Positions 52,108 through 63,322 are shown, counted from the stretch's first letter. The stretch is 64,000 bases of DNA from Candidatus Latescibacterota bacterium (GCA_965237525.1 CBDEFO010000008.1:1504001-1568000); one strand, 5' to 3'. Notes: generated from the sequence alone by a model not told the origin. Translations and numbers: made by a program.

Positions 52108-52855
52108 TGTTCAATATCTCTTTTGCCAAACTTATATAGTTCTTTGCGCCTGAGGAGTCGATACTGTACAGTATTATAGGCTTTCCGAAGCTGGGCGCCT
52201 CTCCGAGTCTCACATTTCTGTCTATGACAGTCTTGTAAATCTTGTCCCTGAAGTGGTTCCTGACCTCCTGTTCCACCTGTCGGGAGAGATTCAGCCGTGA
52301 GTCGTACATCGTCAGGAGGACTCCTTCCACTTGGAGCTTTCTATTGAGGTGCTTTTGGACGAGCCCGATGGTCTCAAGCAGTTTGGCCAGACCCTCTAAA
52401 GCGTAGTACTCACACTGGAGAGGGATAAGGACAGAGTCCGCGGCTGTAAGTCCGTTGAGCGTCAATATACCGAGAGAGGGTGGAAGGTCTATTATTATGT
52501 ATGCATAGTCGTCCCTTACGTCTTCCAGCGTCTTTTGGAGAGTTGTCCTGCTGGCGTTGACCATCTCGACCTGTGCTCCTGTGAGGCTGATGTGTGAAGG
52601 AGCTATAAAGAGGAAAGGGATTTCGTGGCCTCTGATAATCTCCGATAGCGGCGTTTCATCTATAAGGACTTCGTAGATGCTTCTGTTTACTGTGTCGGGG
52701 TCTATCCCACAGCCACTTGTGGCGTTTGCCTGCGGGTCTAAGTCCACAAGGAGGGTCTTCTTCTCTGCGACTGCAAGACAGGCGGACAGGTTAATTGCGG
52801 TAGTGGTCTTCCCAACCCCTCCTTTCTGGTTAGCTATGCATATTATCCTTCCCAC
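52100..52855 (-). CDS. parA: Chromosome partition ATPase ParA/Soj
   Basis: [40 protein letters not shown] start assumed. Confidence 0.96.
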   Translation of the reverse strand: MGRIICIANQKGGVGKTTTAINLSACLAVAEKKTLLVDLDPQANATSGCGIDPDTVNRSIYEVLIDETPLSEIIRGHEIPFLFIAPSHISLTGAQVEMVNASRTTLQKTLEDVRDDYAYIIIDLPPSLGILTLNGLTAADSVLIPLQCEYYALEGLAKLLETIGLVQKHLNRKLQVEGVLLTMYDSRLNLSRQVEQEVRNHFRDKIYKTVIDRNVRLGEAPSFGKPIILYSIDSSGAKNYISLAKEILNNE

Positions 52856-53158
52856 TTTATCTTTCCAGACGCACAAGTTAAGCTGACGTTATTGAGGTCG
52901 CCTCTGTGCCGCTGATAATTTCTTTGTGAAGATAAGAGAAACCTCAATCCTTGTCAAGGTATTTCTGGAAAGGACAGGGTTATTCAGTGACCATTTAAGA
53001 GATAGTAGACAGCATATGTAGGCGCGAACCCATGATTGGCCCAATCTACCTGTATGTAAAGGGCAGACACGCGGGTCTGCCTCTACACCTGACGATTATG
53101 TCTGTTGGCTTACAGCTGAGAATTGAATGACCCCGGAAAGAGGTTTTGTGTACTGGAG

Positions 53159-53707
53159 TTATGGAATTTCAGGGTAGGACAGCCATACAGGATGTCCGTC
53201 CATGGCTGAGTTGTCGGTGAGCTTATTCTGATCTGACCCGTCGGCGTTCATCGTGTAGATTTCAAAGTCTCCGTCCCGTTCTGAGGCGAAGGCGATCCTT
53301 TTGCCGTCGGACGACCAGGATGGAACGAGGTCGTCCGAAGAATTGTCGGTAAGTTTGATTGGGTCTGATCCGTCGAAGTTGAAGATGTATATCTCGCCGT
53401 CTCCGTCGCTGTTCGAGACGTAAGCCAGTCTGCTCCCATCCGGTGACCAGGCGGGGCTAAGGTCGTCGATGTTATTGTTATCTGTGAGCTTGAACTTATC
53501 TTTCCCCTTGTAAGAGGATGCATAGATCTCGAAGTCCCCGTCCTCATCGGAAAAGTAGAGTATCATCGAGCCATCAGGAGACCAGGAGGGTCCAAAGCTC
53601 ATTCCTTTTCCCTCTGTGAACCTGGTCTGGATGTTGGCGTCCAGGTTCACTGTATAGATGTCAAAAGTTCCTTATCTTTTGGAAGTAAAGGCGATCCACT
53701 TGCCACC
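53159..53707 (-). pseudogene. 5'-truncated TolB-like PD40 beta-propeller
   Basis: PSWSPDG repeats; the upstream repeat GKWIAFTSKR*GTFDIY has an internal TAA and abuts the next gene's stop. Confidence 0.7.
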
Positions 53708-53714
53708 GTGCTTT

Positions 53715-56429
53715 CTAGCGCAACAACAGGAGCTTGCGCGTCTCCATTTGGCTTCCTGCCTGAAGACGATACAGATAAATCCCGGTGGCCAATGCGTTTC
53801 CCGATATTTCCCGGCCATCCCAGAACACTGTGTATCTTCCTGCTTCACGTATACCTTCCAACAACGTCGCCATCTTCTGTCCTGTCACGTTGTAGACGAC
53901 CAATTTCACCACGTCGCTGGACGGCAGGGAAAAACGGATGACCGTGCCGCTGTTAAACGGATTGGGAAAGTTCTGCTCCAGTGTAAATCCTTGTGGGCGT
54001 CCGGCGATGTGCTCTTCCAGCACGGCGGTGATCGCTCTAGCGGTGACCAGGCGTATATCATCGAGGAAGAAGGTACCTTCCAGATTCCCAAAAAGACCGA
54101 TACCCTCGATCGGCTCGGTCAGTTCAAACGCTTCCAGCGGAATCTCCACCTCCTGCCAGTCCTTCAGATCCAGATCCACCAGATCTCCGCCCAATAACTC
54201 CACTATGTTGGGGGTATTTGCACTACGAAAGTCCACATTAAAAAACGCTTCTCCTTCAGAAGGTCGGATCGCATCGCCCGGATGAAAGGCAAAACCTAGA
54301 GATTTATAAGACAGAGGATCTACAGGATCAGCCAGCAGATATATAAAAGCAAAACCTTCTCCCGGCGGCCCCCCGACCGGCGGAAGCTCGCTCTCCACTG
54401 CCAGGGCAAACTGTCCCTGGTGGACTACAGTATCCTCCTGGAAGTCCAGCTTCCCTTGGAAAATTTCCACCTGCCCATTGTCCGCCAGTCCATCCGCGAA
54501 GATTACCAGATCCTCGGTCGGCAACCCGACCGGTAATACGCGGATGCCCTTTGACAAATTCGTCCAATAGGGTCCCAGCAAAGTGGCCTGTTCAATCAGG
54601 ATCGATACAATCTTTAAGCCAGTGAGATCTCCCACCGCAAGGATCACCGGTTCCAGCCGGTAAGTGCCATCCCCCCTGTCCATAAGAGGCACCGCCTCAG
54701 GTCCACCGAGACCGCTCAGGCCCGCTGTGACCTAGGTGATCTCGGCCCCCGCTTCAAAGAGGGCCGGTCGGACCGTGGCGGTTAAATCGATTGTCTCGCC
54801 TACAAGCACGGAATCGGGAAAGTTGTTTTCCCAGACCGTGGGTTGGACAACGTAATAGTCCTCCTGCCCCTCGAAGACGCGGATCTTCTGATCTGCCGGA
54901 ACATCGCTCAAAACATCTACCACCCCAGAAGGCCAGCGGATCTCCAGTTGATCTACCTAGGTGTGCGGTCCCAGGCCGAAATGCGCTACCATCTCCTCCT
55001 GGGTGAAGCCGTTTGCCCCGAAGATATCCCGCGTCTGTTGCAGGTCTCCTGATGTGGCTTTAAGCCGCGCGCCGATGCCGTTGCGGTTGCTCTCAATGCC
55101 CACCAACTCCACTCGCAGATAGTGGTTGTCGTTGGCGTTGTTGCGGTACAACGCCGGGTCGAAGGTAATGGATTCTCCAGCGCGACCACCCGCTACCCAC
55201 ACATCCAGAAAGCCATCTTGGTCGAAGTCAGCGAACGAGAAGAAGCCCGCTGTGTCTATTCCCAACCGGCTTGTCTGCTCTACAAAGGTGCCGTCCCCGT
55301 TGTTTTCAAAGAGACGAACGAAGGGAGACCCGATCAGCAGATCCAGATCCCCGTCGTTATCGATGTCCACCAGGTTCGTTATCGCATTTTCCGACAGATA
55401 AGTAGGTGGCACTTCATACAATATGGATAATCCTGCTTCATTAGCGACGTTTGCGAATCGACCCTCTCCCAGGTTTGAGAACAAAAAAGAGGGAGACGGT
55501 GTAGTCCCGCCACCCACGCCGCCGCCGCCGGCCTGGAAAATATCCAGATCCCCGTCGTTGTCGATGTCCCCTACGCTTACCCCGAAGACTTTGCCAGAAT
55601 CCTCCATCGCCACCGCGGTAGCGTCCCGGAACCCCCCTTGACCGTCGCTCAGAAACAGGCGGTTGGGCGCATTCCAGACGCCTAAGTAGAGATCTGGCCA
55701 TCCGTCGTTGTCGAAATCGCCGGCCCCTATCCCGTGGACGCTCCCTCCGCCGGTTGGGTGTAACTGCAGGTTCAGGCCGGCTTCCTCAGTCACGTCCGTG
55801 AAGGTGCCGTCCCCGTTGTTGCGGTGGAGCTTGTTGCGCAGCTCCGGATCGTCCTCCGAACCACCAATGGAGCTTGGTAGAAACCAGTGTCCCACGTAAA
55901 GATACAGGTGCCCATCCCGGTCGTAGTCCAGCCAGACGGCGTTGTCCGTGGGCAGGATATCCACCAGGCCCGCCTCGTGGGTCACACCCTGAAATACCCC
56001 TCTGTCGTTGCGCAGCAGCACATCTGGGATGCGCAAGAGTACATGCCCGACCGGCAGGTAAAGATCCAGATCGCCATCGTTGTCGTAGTCCCCGAAAATC
56101 GCTCCTCCGCCTTTCGGTCCTGAGGGTATATCTGCTCGTATTGCAGCAGTTCGATCCGTGAACCGGCCATTGCCCTCGTTGTACAGCAGCCGCAACCCGG
56201 ACCCCCCAAACGCCGCGATAAACAGGTCCGGTCGGCCATCGTTATTGTAATCTCCAAAGGCGATACTCCCGGCGTCGGGCCGCGCACCCGGCAGAGGCCT
56301 TCCGATTATCCCTTCGGTCACATCCGTAAAGAAAATCTGCGCAGCAATCGGGTCAGCCAGAAGCAGGCTAAAGCAGAAGAGAGTGCTCCACAATATAAAT
56401 AACCCCAAGCGAGCTGGTGTGCCAATCAT
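53715..56429 (-). pseudogene. FG-GAP/VCBS + ASPIC-UnbV (CRTAC1-like) secreted protein with C-terminal FlgD-Ig/sorting domain; one frame, two internal TAG
   Basis: GDYDNDGDLD repeats; HFGLG..*VDQLEIRWPSG; QNFPNPFN...WDG...ATGIYLYRL; TAG at 54957-54959 and 54732-54734. Confidence 0.85.
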
Positions 56430-56790
56430 CCCTTACCTCCCGGTCAATATTAAGAGGACTCCCATATGTGGAAGACCAAAAGTTGTAATATGAGACTTAA
56501 TTTGGTATTCTACTTGAGCATAGCGGCTAACTTGCTTATGTGCAAAGTTTCGGATATACAGTTCTCTGGAGAAAAAACAATATGGCGTTGTTTTTCTTCC
56601 CATTGATCTTCGAATATGCAATCCGTCAACATATCCTAACGAATTCTGATCTCAGATTCGTATCTCAGAATAATAGCTGAATTGGCAGCTTCTGCTACCA
56701 ATTCTCCTTTAGAAACATTAACACGGAGAGAAGAGGGGCGCAGCAGATGGATCGCCGCTGCGCCCGCACAAGATGGATCAGTGGTCGCCC

Positions 56791-57261
56791 TTACTTCTCC
56801 ATTATCTTCTTCATCATCTCCGGCATCTTGCCAGCCTCTACTGTCTTACCCTCGCTCAGCGATGTGAGGTACGCGGTCAGGTAGAACGCCTCTTTGCTGC
56901 TTAAGTCCAGAGGCTTGGAACCCAGAAACATCATAGTGCAGTTGTTTGATATCTGGCCTATGGTCATTACCTCGTCGTTGGGTATCTTGAACTTGGGAAA
57001 CGTCGCTGCAGATCCGACGAGGCTGGGGACGGGGAGTTTGTAAGGCTTGCCTGTGACTTCGCTCGGCATCGGGGTCTCGACCTCTCCGCCAGTGGTTGTT
57101 CCGCCCGGGTGACAGGAATCGCAGGCCATGTTCTTCTTCTTCATCATGTCCGCCTTGTCCAGCGGCTGCGGCTTGTGCTCTGCGGCGGCCACGCCTGATA
57201 AGTTTACCAAAGAGAAGAGGCCCGCCAGACAGACTAACGCTATCACCCTCGTTTTTCCCGT
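56791..57261 (-). CDS. Periplasmic monoheme cytochrome c, SoxA/TsdA-like heme domain
   Basis: Signal peptide; CDSCH; PSL.G.AATFPK; ISNNC; RBS places the start at ACG 57261 (GTG 57246 is the alternative). Confidence 0.8.
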   Translation of the reverse strand, partial: TGKTRVIALVCLAGLFSLVNLSGVAAAEHKPQPLDKADMMKKKNMACDSCHPGGTTTGGEVETPMPSEVTGKPYKLPVPSLVGSAATFPKFKIPNDEVMTIGQISNNCTMMFLGSKPLDLSSKEAFYLTAYLTSLSEGKTVEAGKMPEMMKKIMEK

Positions 57262-57392
57262 TTTAACCTCCTTTGTGTGGATGTTTGTTAAACGGTGATC
57301 TGGGAACGAATCACCACTTTATATAGCTAATGTTGTAAATAGAAGCAAGTCTATTCTTGTAGGCCCTGGAAACTTTGCCACGGACGAGTTAG

Positions 57393-57409
57393 TGCAAAGA
57401 TAGTACCAA
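57393..57409 (-). promoter_or_regulatory. Sigma54 promoter upstream of the cytochrome c
   Basis: TTGGTACTATCTTTGCA on the - strand. Confidence 0.55.
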
Positions 57410-57572
57410 GCATTATCACAGGGCAAGAGGTATTAAGTTATAATCTTTGTAAGTAGCTGTTCAAACGGAGGTTTGGCATATTTGTCTTATCTTAGATCAT
57501 ATCAGTGAATCTGTTCAATTGTGACAGATATGTTGGAAAATGTAAACTATCTTTTGTTTCAGTTTGGAATAC

Positions 57573-57591
57573 AGTTCGGATAATCCGAACT
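57573..57591. promoter_or_regulatory. Perfect 9-1-9 palindrome, putative regulator site
   Basis: AGTTCGGAT-A-ATCCGAACT. Confidence 0.5.
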
Positions 57592-57750
57592 TAAAAGCTG
57601 TTGGTTCTTGTCCCTCTTTTAAGATTTCGACTGAGCGGAAGGATGTCAGATGAACCAAAAATTCCTTGACTTGTCTTTACAGCCATACTAAATTCTCTTT
57701 GGCTTTCTAATGGTGGATGAACGAAGATAATTAGAACCGGGATCAGGTAT

Positions 57751-59004
57751 TTGACGTTAAATACGGTCTTGTCAAAGCGCGATGTGGAGAGGATATACTC
57801 AGCGGCGCTTGAGGTGTTGGAGAAGACGGGAGTGGATGTGTGCGAGGGGGAATCGGCGGAACTTCTAAAATCAGCAGGTGCGTCAGCCTGTGGCCAAATG
57901 CGAGTAAGGATTCCAGGGCATGTGGTTGAAAGGGCCATAGAATCTGCTCCCAGGAAGATCAAATTATACGATAAAGACGGTAATTGTTCTCTTATCTTAG
58001 GCAAAAAAGACGTATATTTTGGTGTGGGGACGGACTGTGCTAATATCATGGATATATATACAAAAGAGAAAAGACCCGTTAGACAAGAAGATATATTAAA
58101 AGGAGCAATTGTAGCAGATAGGCTCGAAAATATAGATTTTTTTGTGAGCGTGGGGGGACTTTCAGATGTAAGTAAGATAGCTGATAATACTCGAAAGCCC
58201 CTCCTTTTTACTGTGGATGATGCCGACGTTCTATCAGATGTAACAGGTGGCAGGAGAGTGATTCTGTTTGCCGAGCCGGCCTCTCCCTTTGTTCATACGC
58301 AAAAAGGACTTGAGAAGGTCCTGTGGGCTGCAGGTAACGATGTTCCGATGGTCTACGCCTCCAGCCCGATATGCGGGTCGAACGCCCCCGTGACCTTGGC
58401 AGGGACGTTGACTGTGGCTTTAGTGGAGTGTTTAAGCGGTCTTGTGATATCTCAGTTGAAGCGTGAGGGCTCTCCATTCATAATCGGAATACTTCCGTCA
58501 GTTATGGACATGTCATCATGTCTTTTGTGCTACTGGGGGCCTGAGCCACTTCTGCTTTCTGCGGGCTTTGTGCAGATGGCCAAGAGACTCGATTTGCCCG
58601 TACTTGTGTCTGCCGGGGGAAGCGATTCGTCTGCTTTGGACGAACGCACCATACTGGAATTCTGGTCATCCTGTCTCTGGGCGGGACTGAGCGGAGCCGA
58701 TATGGTCTGCTGCACGCCAGTCTTGGAATCTGGGCTAACTGGGTCGCTTGAGTTGATCGCATTGGCAGACGAAATAGCCTCTTTTACAAGGAGAATGAGA
58801 AAAGGTATAGATGTGGAAAAGATATCTTTAGATGTTATGGATGCTGTGGCTCCGGGCGGAGACTTTTTGGCATCAGATCATACTGCTGAGAATTTCAAAG
58901 ATGAGTTGTGGCTTTCGGATTTTATGATGGATAGAGGTACGTCGCTTCTGGAGAAATCCAGAGAGAGAGCAAAGGCGCTCTTAGGGGACAGGGAAAAGCA
59001 ATAA
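57751..59004 (+). CDS. Trimethylamine methyltransferase (MttB) family protein, no in-frame amber codon
   Basis: IYSAALEVLEKTGV, APVTLAGTL...ECLSG, VAPGGDFL..DHT. Confidence 0.85.
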   Translation: MTLNTVLSKRDVERIYSAALEVLEKTGVDVCEGESAELLKSAGASACGQMRVRIPGHVVERAIESAPRKIKLYDKDGNCSLILGKKDVYFGVGTDCANIMDIYTKEKRPVRQEDILKGAIVADRLENIDFFVSVGGLSDVSKIADNTRKPLLFTVDDADVLSDVTGGRRVILFAEPASPFVHTQKGLEKVLWAAGNDVPMVYASSPICGSNAPVTLAGTLTVALVECLSGLVISQLKREGSPFIIGILPSVMDMSSCLLCYWGPEPLLLSAGFVQMAKRLDLPVLVSAGGSDSSALDERTILEFWSSCLWAGLSGADMVCCTPVLESGLTGSLELIALADEIASFTRRMRKGIDVEKISLDVMDAVAPGGDFLASDHTAENFKDELWLSDFMMDRGTSLLEKSRERAKALLGDREKQ

Positions 59005-59024
59005 TCCAAAACTTTTGGTATATC

Positions 59025-60095
59025 GTGATATTAGGGAGATTTAACGTTCCTACGTTTACGTCTGATCAATTGAGAAGGATAAGCAGGGACATATTCCAGG
59101 AAGTCGGTTCGCCTAAGGATGAGGCCGAGACGCTGACGGATTTCCTGGTATTAGCCAATCTTATGGGTCATGATTCGCACGGGGTTATAAGGATTCCTCA
59201 ATACGTGACGGAAGTTCAGGAGGGCAATGCCTTTCCCGGGGCGAAGATCGAGGTCGTCAGGGAGTTGGGCTCGACGGCTATTCTCAGCGGGAATTGGGGT
59301 TTCGGACACGTCATCGCCAAGGCAGCTATGGAGAAGGCTATGGAGATGGCGGAGAAGTCCGGCATCGCATCTGTGGGAATTATCAACTCCAACCACATAG
59401 GCAGGATCGGAGCCTATCCTGAGATCGCAGCGAAAAGCGACATGATAGGTTTCGTCTCTGCCAACTCTCACGGTGGGGGCCAGACCACAGCCCCTTGGGG
59501 GGGGAAAGAGAGGAGACTGTCAACCAACCCCATCTCCTTTGCCATCCCTACGGGGTCGGGTAATCCGATCGTTTTGGATATGACCACCAGTGTTGTAGCT
59601 GAGGGTAAGCTCAGGGTTTACAGGAACAGAGGTCATGAGCTCCCGGACGGCTGGATAATCGACTCTGAGGGAAATGCGACCATAGACCCCAATAGTTTCT
59701 ACGACGGGGGTGCTCTCCTTTCGTTTGGAGGTGTGGTAGGCTATAAGGGATTCGGGTTAGGATTAATAGTGGATATCCTTTCCGGGGCGCTGACCGGCGC
59801 GGGATGCACAGGTGTGGGAGAGACAGGTACACCGGGGAACGCAGCCTTGTTGATCGCCATCAGGATCGAAAACTTCGTGCCGATAGATGAGTTCAAAGAG
59901 CAGGTAGACGCTCTCAGGGATTATGTCAAATCGGCTGAGAGAGAGGCGGGTGTGGATGAGATATTAGTTCCGGGCGAGCCAGAGTTCAGGACTCAGGAGA
60001 AGAGGTTGAAGGAGGGTATCTTTATAGAGGACAGGACGTGGAAAATGATAACTCAGACGGCTTCAGGTTTGGGGTTAGACACTGAATCTGTGTAG
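59025..60095 (+). CDS. Ldh_2 (malate/L-lactate/ureidoglycolate dehydrogenase-like) oxidoreductase
   Basis: GHDSHG, NHIGRIG, STNPIS, LDMTTS, YKGFGL, VPGEPE. Confidence 0.93.
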   Translation: MILGRFNVPTFTSDQLRRISRDIFQEVGSPKDEAETLTDFLVLANLMGHDSHGVIRIPQYVTEVQEGNAFPGAKIEVVRELGSTAILSGNWGFGHVIAKAAMEKAMEMAEKSGIASVGIINSNHIGRIGAYPEIAAKSDMIGFVSANSHGGGQTTAPWGGKERRLSTNPISFAIPTGSGNPIVLDMTTSVVAEGKLRVYRNRGHELPDGWIIDSEGNATIDPNSFYDGGALLSFGGVVGYKGFGLGLIVDILSGALTGAGCTGVGETGTPGNAALLIAIRIENFVPIDEFKEQVDALRDYVKSAEREAGVDEILVPGEPEFRTQEKRLKEGIFIEDRTWKMITQTASGLGLDTESV

Positions 60096-60135
60096 ATCAA
60101 GGTTAAGAGCTGAGCTATAGATCTGAAGGAGAATA

Positions 60136-61098
60136 ATGTTTTCAATACGAATACGCAAAGGATGGGAGATTCCCGAGCGGGAGGCCACTCCGGAGGCTGT
60201 ATATCAAGACCGTCGGAGCTTCCTGAAGGCTATGGGATTCACTGGTCTGGGGGCGTTCGGGCTCCTTGCAGGATGTCTTGAGACAAAGGGAAAGAAGGAA
60301 GTGACACAGAAGGAGAAACTGCGCCCTATTGAAGCGACTCGGAATACAGCTTTTACATTGGATCGCCCTATTACCGAGGAATCGGTGGCGGCGCGATACA
60401 ACAACTTCTACGAGTTCACTGACAGAAAGGAGAGAGTCTGGAAGATGGTGGGCAGGTTCCAGACGCGCCCTTGGGAGATAGAAGTGGCGGGGCTTGTTGA
60501 TAAGCCCAAGATCTACGATGTGGACGATCTGATGCGCCTGATGCCGATGGAGGAGCGACTCTATCGCTTCCGATGTGTGGAGGCGTGGGCTATGGCTGTC
60601 CCGTGGATAGGCTTTCCCTTCAAGGCTCTCATAGATATGGTGCAGCCGTTCTCTTCGGCCAGGTACGTACGCATGCTCACGTTCCTTAAGCCAGATCAGG
60701 CGCCAGGGCAAGAAAATCAGCGCTGGTATCCGTGGCCCTACTTTGAGAGCTTGACCATGGCCGAAGCGACCAACGAACTGACGATTCTGGTAACAGGGAT
60801 ATACGGTCACGAACTTCCCAAGCAACACGGTGCACCTATTCGCCTGATCGTGCCCTGGAAGTACGGGTTTAAGAGTATCAAGTCCATCGCGCTGATCGAA
60901 TTTACAGATAGGCGTCCACCGACCTTCTGGAATACTTTAGCGCCAAGGGAGTACGATTTTGTTGCCAACGTCAATCCCAAAGTGCCGCATCCTCGCTGGT
61001 CGCAGGCTTCCGAACGGATGATAGACACCGGCGAAAGACTCCCGACTCTGCTTTACAACGGCTATGCTGAGTACGTATCCCACCTGTATGAGGCATAG
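60136..61098 (+). CDS. msrP: Methionine sulfoxide reductase catalytic subunit MsrP (YedY)
   Basis: Tat signal DRRSFLK, YNNFYEF, FRCVEAW, VPWKYGFKSIK, HPRWSQA. Confidence 0.95.
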   Translation: MFSIRIRKGWEIPEREATPEAVYQDRRSFLKAMGFTGLGAFGLLAGCLETKGKKEVTQKEKLRPIEATRNTAFTLDRPITEESVAARYNNFYEFTDRKERVWKMVGRFQTRPWEIEVAGLVDKPKIYDVDDLMRLMPMEERLYRFRCVEAWAMAVPWIGFPFKALIDMVQPFSSARYVRMLTFLKPDQAPGQENQRWYPWPYFESLTMAEATNELTILVTGIYGHELPKQHGAPIRLIVPWKYGFKSIKSIALIEFTDRRPPTFWNTLAPREYDFVANVNPKVPHPRWSQASERMIDTGERLPTLLYNGYAEYVSHLYEA

Positions 61099-61157
61099 AA
61101 TAGCGTGCCTGAGCTTTTTCGACTTTTCTTGCTATGAACTGTTTTTCAAAATTATCC

Positions 61158-61221
61158 TTGACAAGGAAAGCTGCTCTTCGTATATTTGATGATAATTATT
61201 CAAATTAGGTAATAATTATTA
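61158..61221 (+). promoter_or_regulatory. Sigma70 promoter plus operator with the same layout as at glnK
   Basis: TTGACA-17-TATATT, 3 nt, then TGATAATTATT-N10-AATAATTATTA. Confidence 0.7.
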
Positions 61222-61263
61222 TAGTCTGCCTCTGGTTTATCTTCAATCGAGGTTCCACTAAGG

Positions 61264-61990
61264 TTGAAGCATAAACTTAGAGAGAAGCCTGATTCGGGAA
61301 AGCCATCTGTCAGGACCTGCTGCATATAGCTTCATCGGCTGGGCTGAGTAAGTTGCTCATATGGGGTTCGATTGGCTCGTAGTGGACACTGAGCACGGTC
61401 CGGCAGGACTTGAAACGGTAGCTAACTTTTTTCAGGTTATATCGACCACCGATACTGTTGCCATGGTGCGCGTTGCGTGGAACGATCCGGCCCTGATAAA
61501 AAGGCCGCTGGATGCGGGAGCTATGGGAATCGTCCTCCTATGGTGAACAAGCCCTGCAGAGGCGGAAAGGGCGATGAAGTTTCCACCAGAGAGATCTGGA
61601 TCCGTAGAGACTGGACGGGCTGCTCTTTTGGAGAACTATTTTGAGGATGCAAATAACGAAATTCTGGCTGTGATCATGTTCGAGCATATTGAGGCTGTAA
61701 AGAGAGTTCGTGAGATACTGTCAGTTGAGGGGGTGGATGTGGGCTTTATAGGGCCTTCCGATCTTGTTTGGTCTATGGGTGTTCGCCCATGGTCAGATGA
61801 TCACGAGGCTGCAATTTTGGAGATAGCCGAAGGAGCAAAGGACGTGAGCACAGTTTCGGGGATTATGACCAGATCTCCAGAAGAGACGATGAAGAGGATC
61901 GAGTAGGGTTTTGGTTCTATAGATTATCTGTTGGGTGTGGATTTTTTAGCGTCAGTGGTAAAGGAGTCGCTCTCAACGTTAGAGTTGTAA
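61264..61990 (+). pseudogene. HpcH/HpaI aldolase family, disrupted
   Basis: GFDWLVVDTEH, LDAGAMG, FIGPSDL split by frameshifts and stops. Confidence 0.85.
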
Positions 61991-62227
61991 TAGCTCCGCC
62001 TGTCGTCACTACTAACGATTATTAATCAAATGAAATGAGAACACTTCTCTTTCGATCTTTGATTAATTTTGAGTGATAGCTCTTTGAGAACCTCTGGTTT
62101 TTGGTCCTTTTCAAAGTGCATGTATAATTGTTCTTCTTTTAAGTTCCATTCAGCCAGGACAAAGTAATTGATGTAAGAGGAGGGAAGAAGCACTTTTTCA
62201 TTTAGCCTGGTTAATTCATAAACTTGG

Positions 62228-63322
62228 TTGAATAAAGTACTTGTTGAAAAATGTGAAAGTGGCAATATTTATTCCCAAACAAGATTGTTTCGAAATATAT
62301 TCCCTCATGAATTTGATATGGGAATGTCGGTTAAAATGTGTGATGATATTTTTAAAGGCGATACCACGCTCCTAGGGAAGGAGCGCCCTAAAGGTGAAGG
62401 AAGCGTTCTTACTCCCCAGACAGAGGGTTTTTGGGGCAAGTTGGAAGATGAAGCTCCTGCCTACCCTGAATTTACGCAGCAGGATTTACCGTCAATTATC
62501 TACACGTTCGCGCCGTGGCTGGGATGCCTCTGGGGCGAAAGTTGTAAGTTTTGTTATGTACCCAACGCGTCACTGCGGTTCTACCCTGGAGGCAGGGATG
62601 GGTATTGGTACCAGGAATGGGGTCACTGGCTAATTTTTAAAGAGGATATCACAGCACGGCTTCGAGCCGAACTCATCGGCTCCTCGGGTCAGACGAAGCC
62701 GCGCTATCTGGGGGCTTGCATTTTTATGTCACCAAAAACTGATCCCTTCCTCGCTTTGCCTCGGCCTGATACACTTGAGATTGTGTGCGAGATTCTGGAT
62801 ATCATCGGGGACGCCAATGTTTTTCTCATGAATCAAACCAGGTCCTTAGAAGTGGTCAACGATGAGCGAGTGTTTCAGCGTCTGTCTTATCTTGGTGCAT
62901 TAAAAAAAGTCGGGGTTAGCTTCAGTATTTCGACAGACCTCCCGGAACAGCAAAAGAAGATAGAATGTTCGGGCGCAACGCCTGTAGAAAGACTCGAGGC
63001 CATAGCGAAGTTAAAAAACGCTGGAATCTTTGTTTCTGCGGCCGTGAGCCCTCTCATGCCCTTCAGCCCAGATTTTGTCCAACGACTCGTTGTGGTGTCA
63101 CATCACGCCTCAATTCAGTTGGCGAAGCCTTCCCGACCGGGGGCAACAACTCCCAAAGACTGCTTGGAGAAGATTCAGACTATTGAGGGCTATGATAAAT
63201 TAGACAAGTCACTCAGCGCACAATTGATGGAGAAGGGGAAAGCCATTGGTTATTCATGGGGTATTAATAACAAAGGGTTTGCGGGAGCGTTTCTGGCGGC
63301 AAAGAGGTTCTACGAAAGTTAA
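62228..63322 (+). CDS. SPL-like (COG1533-type) radical SAM protein; start uncertain
   Basis: GCLWGESCKFCY, MSPKTDPF, QTRS, SISTD, AVSPLMP. Confidence 0.75.
   Translation: MNKVLVEKCESGNIYSQTRLFRNIFPHEFDMGMSVKMCDDIFKGDTTLLGKERPKGEGSVLTPQTEGFWGKLEDEAPAYPEFTQQDLPSIIYTFAPWLGCLWGESCKFCYVPNASLRFYPGGRDGYWYQEWGHWLIFKEDITARLRAELIGSSGQTKPRYLGACIFMSPKTDPFLALPRPDTLEIVCEILDIIGDANVFLMNQTRSLEVVNDERVFQRLSYLGALKKVGVSFSISTDLPEQQKKIECSGATPVERLEAIAKLKNAGIFVSAAVSPLMPFSPDFVQRLVVVSHHASIQLAKPSRPGATTPKDCLEKIQTIEGYDKLDKSLSAQLMEKGKAIGYSWGINNKGFAGAFLAAKRFYES

Noticed and set aside
47280..61910. Genome-wide TAG-to-Gln or pyrrolysine recoding, suggested by several in-frame TAGs
   Set aside because: TAG ends intact genes at their natural C-termini (A-type carrier, DUF2905, sufD, msrP). 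Two of the affected genes also have frameshifts, and the MttB homologue has no amber codon.
62026..62265. 79-aa - strand ORF, possibly a transposase C-terminal scrap
   Set aside because: No catalytic motif, IR or clear start, so it is too weak to annotate.
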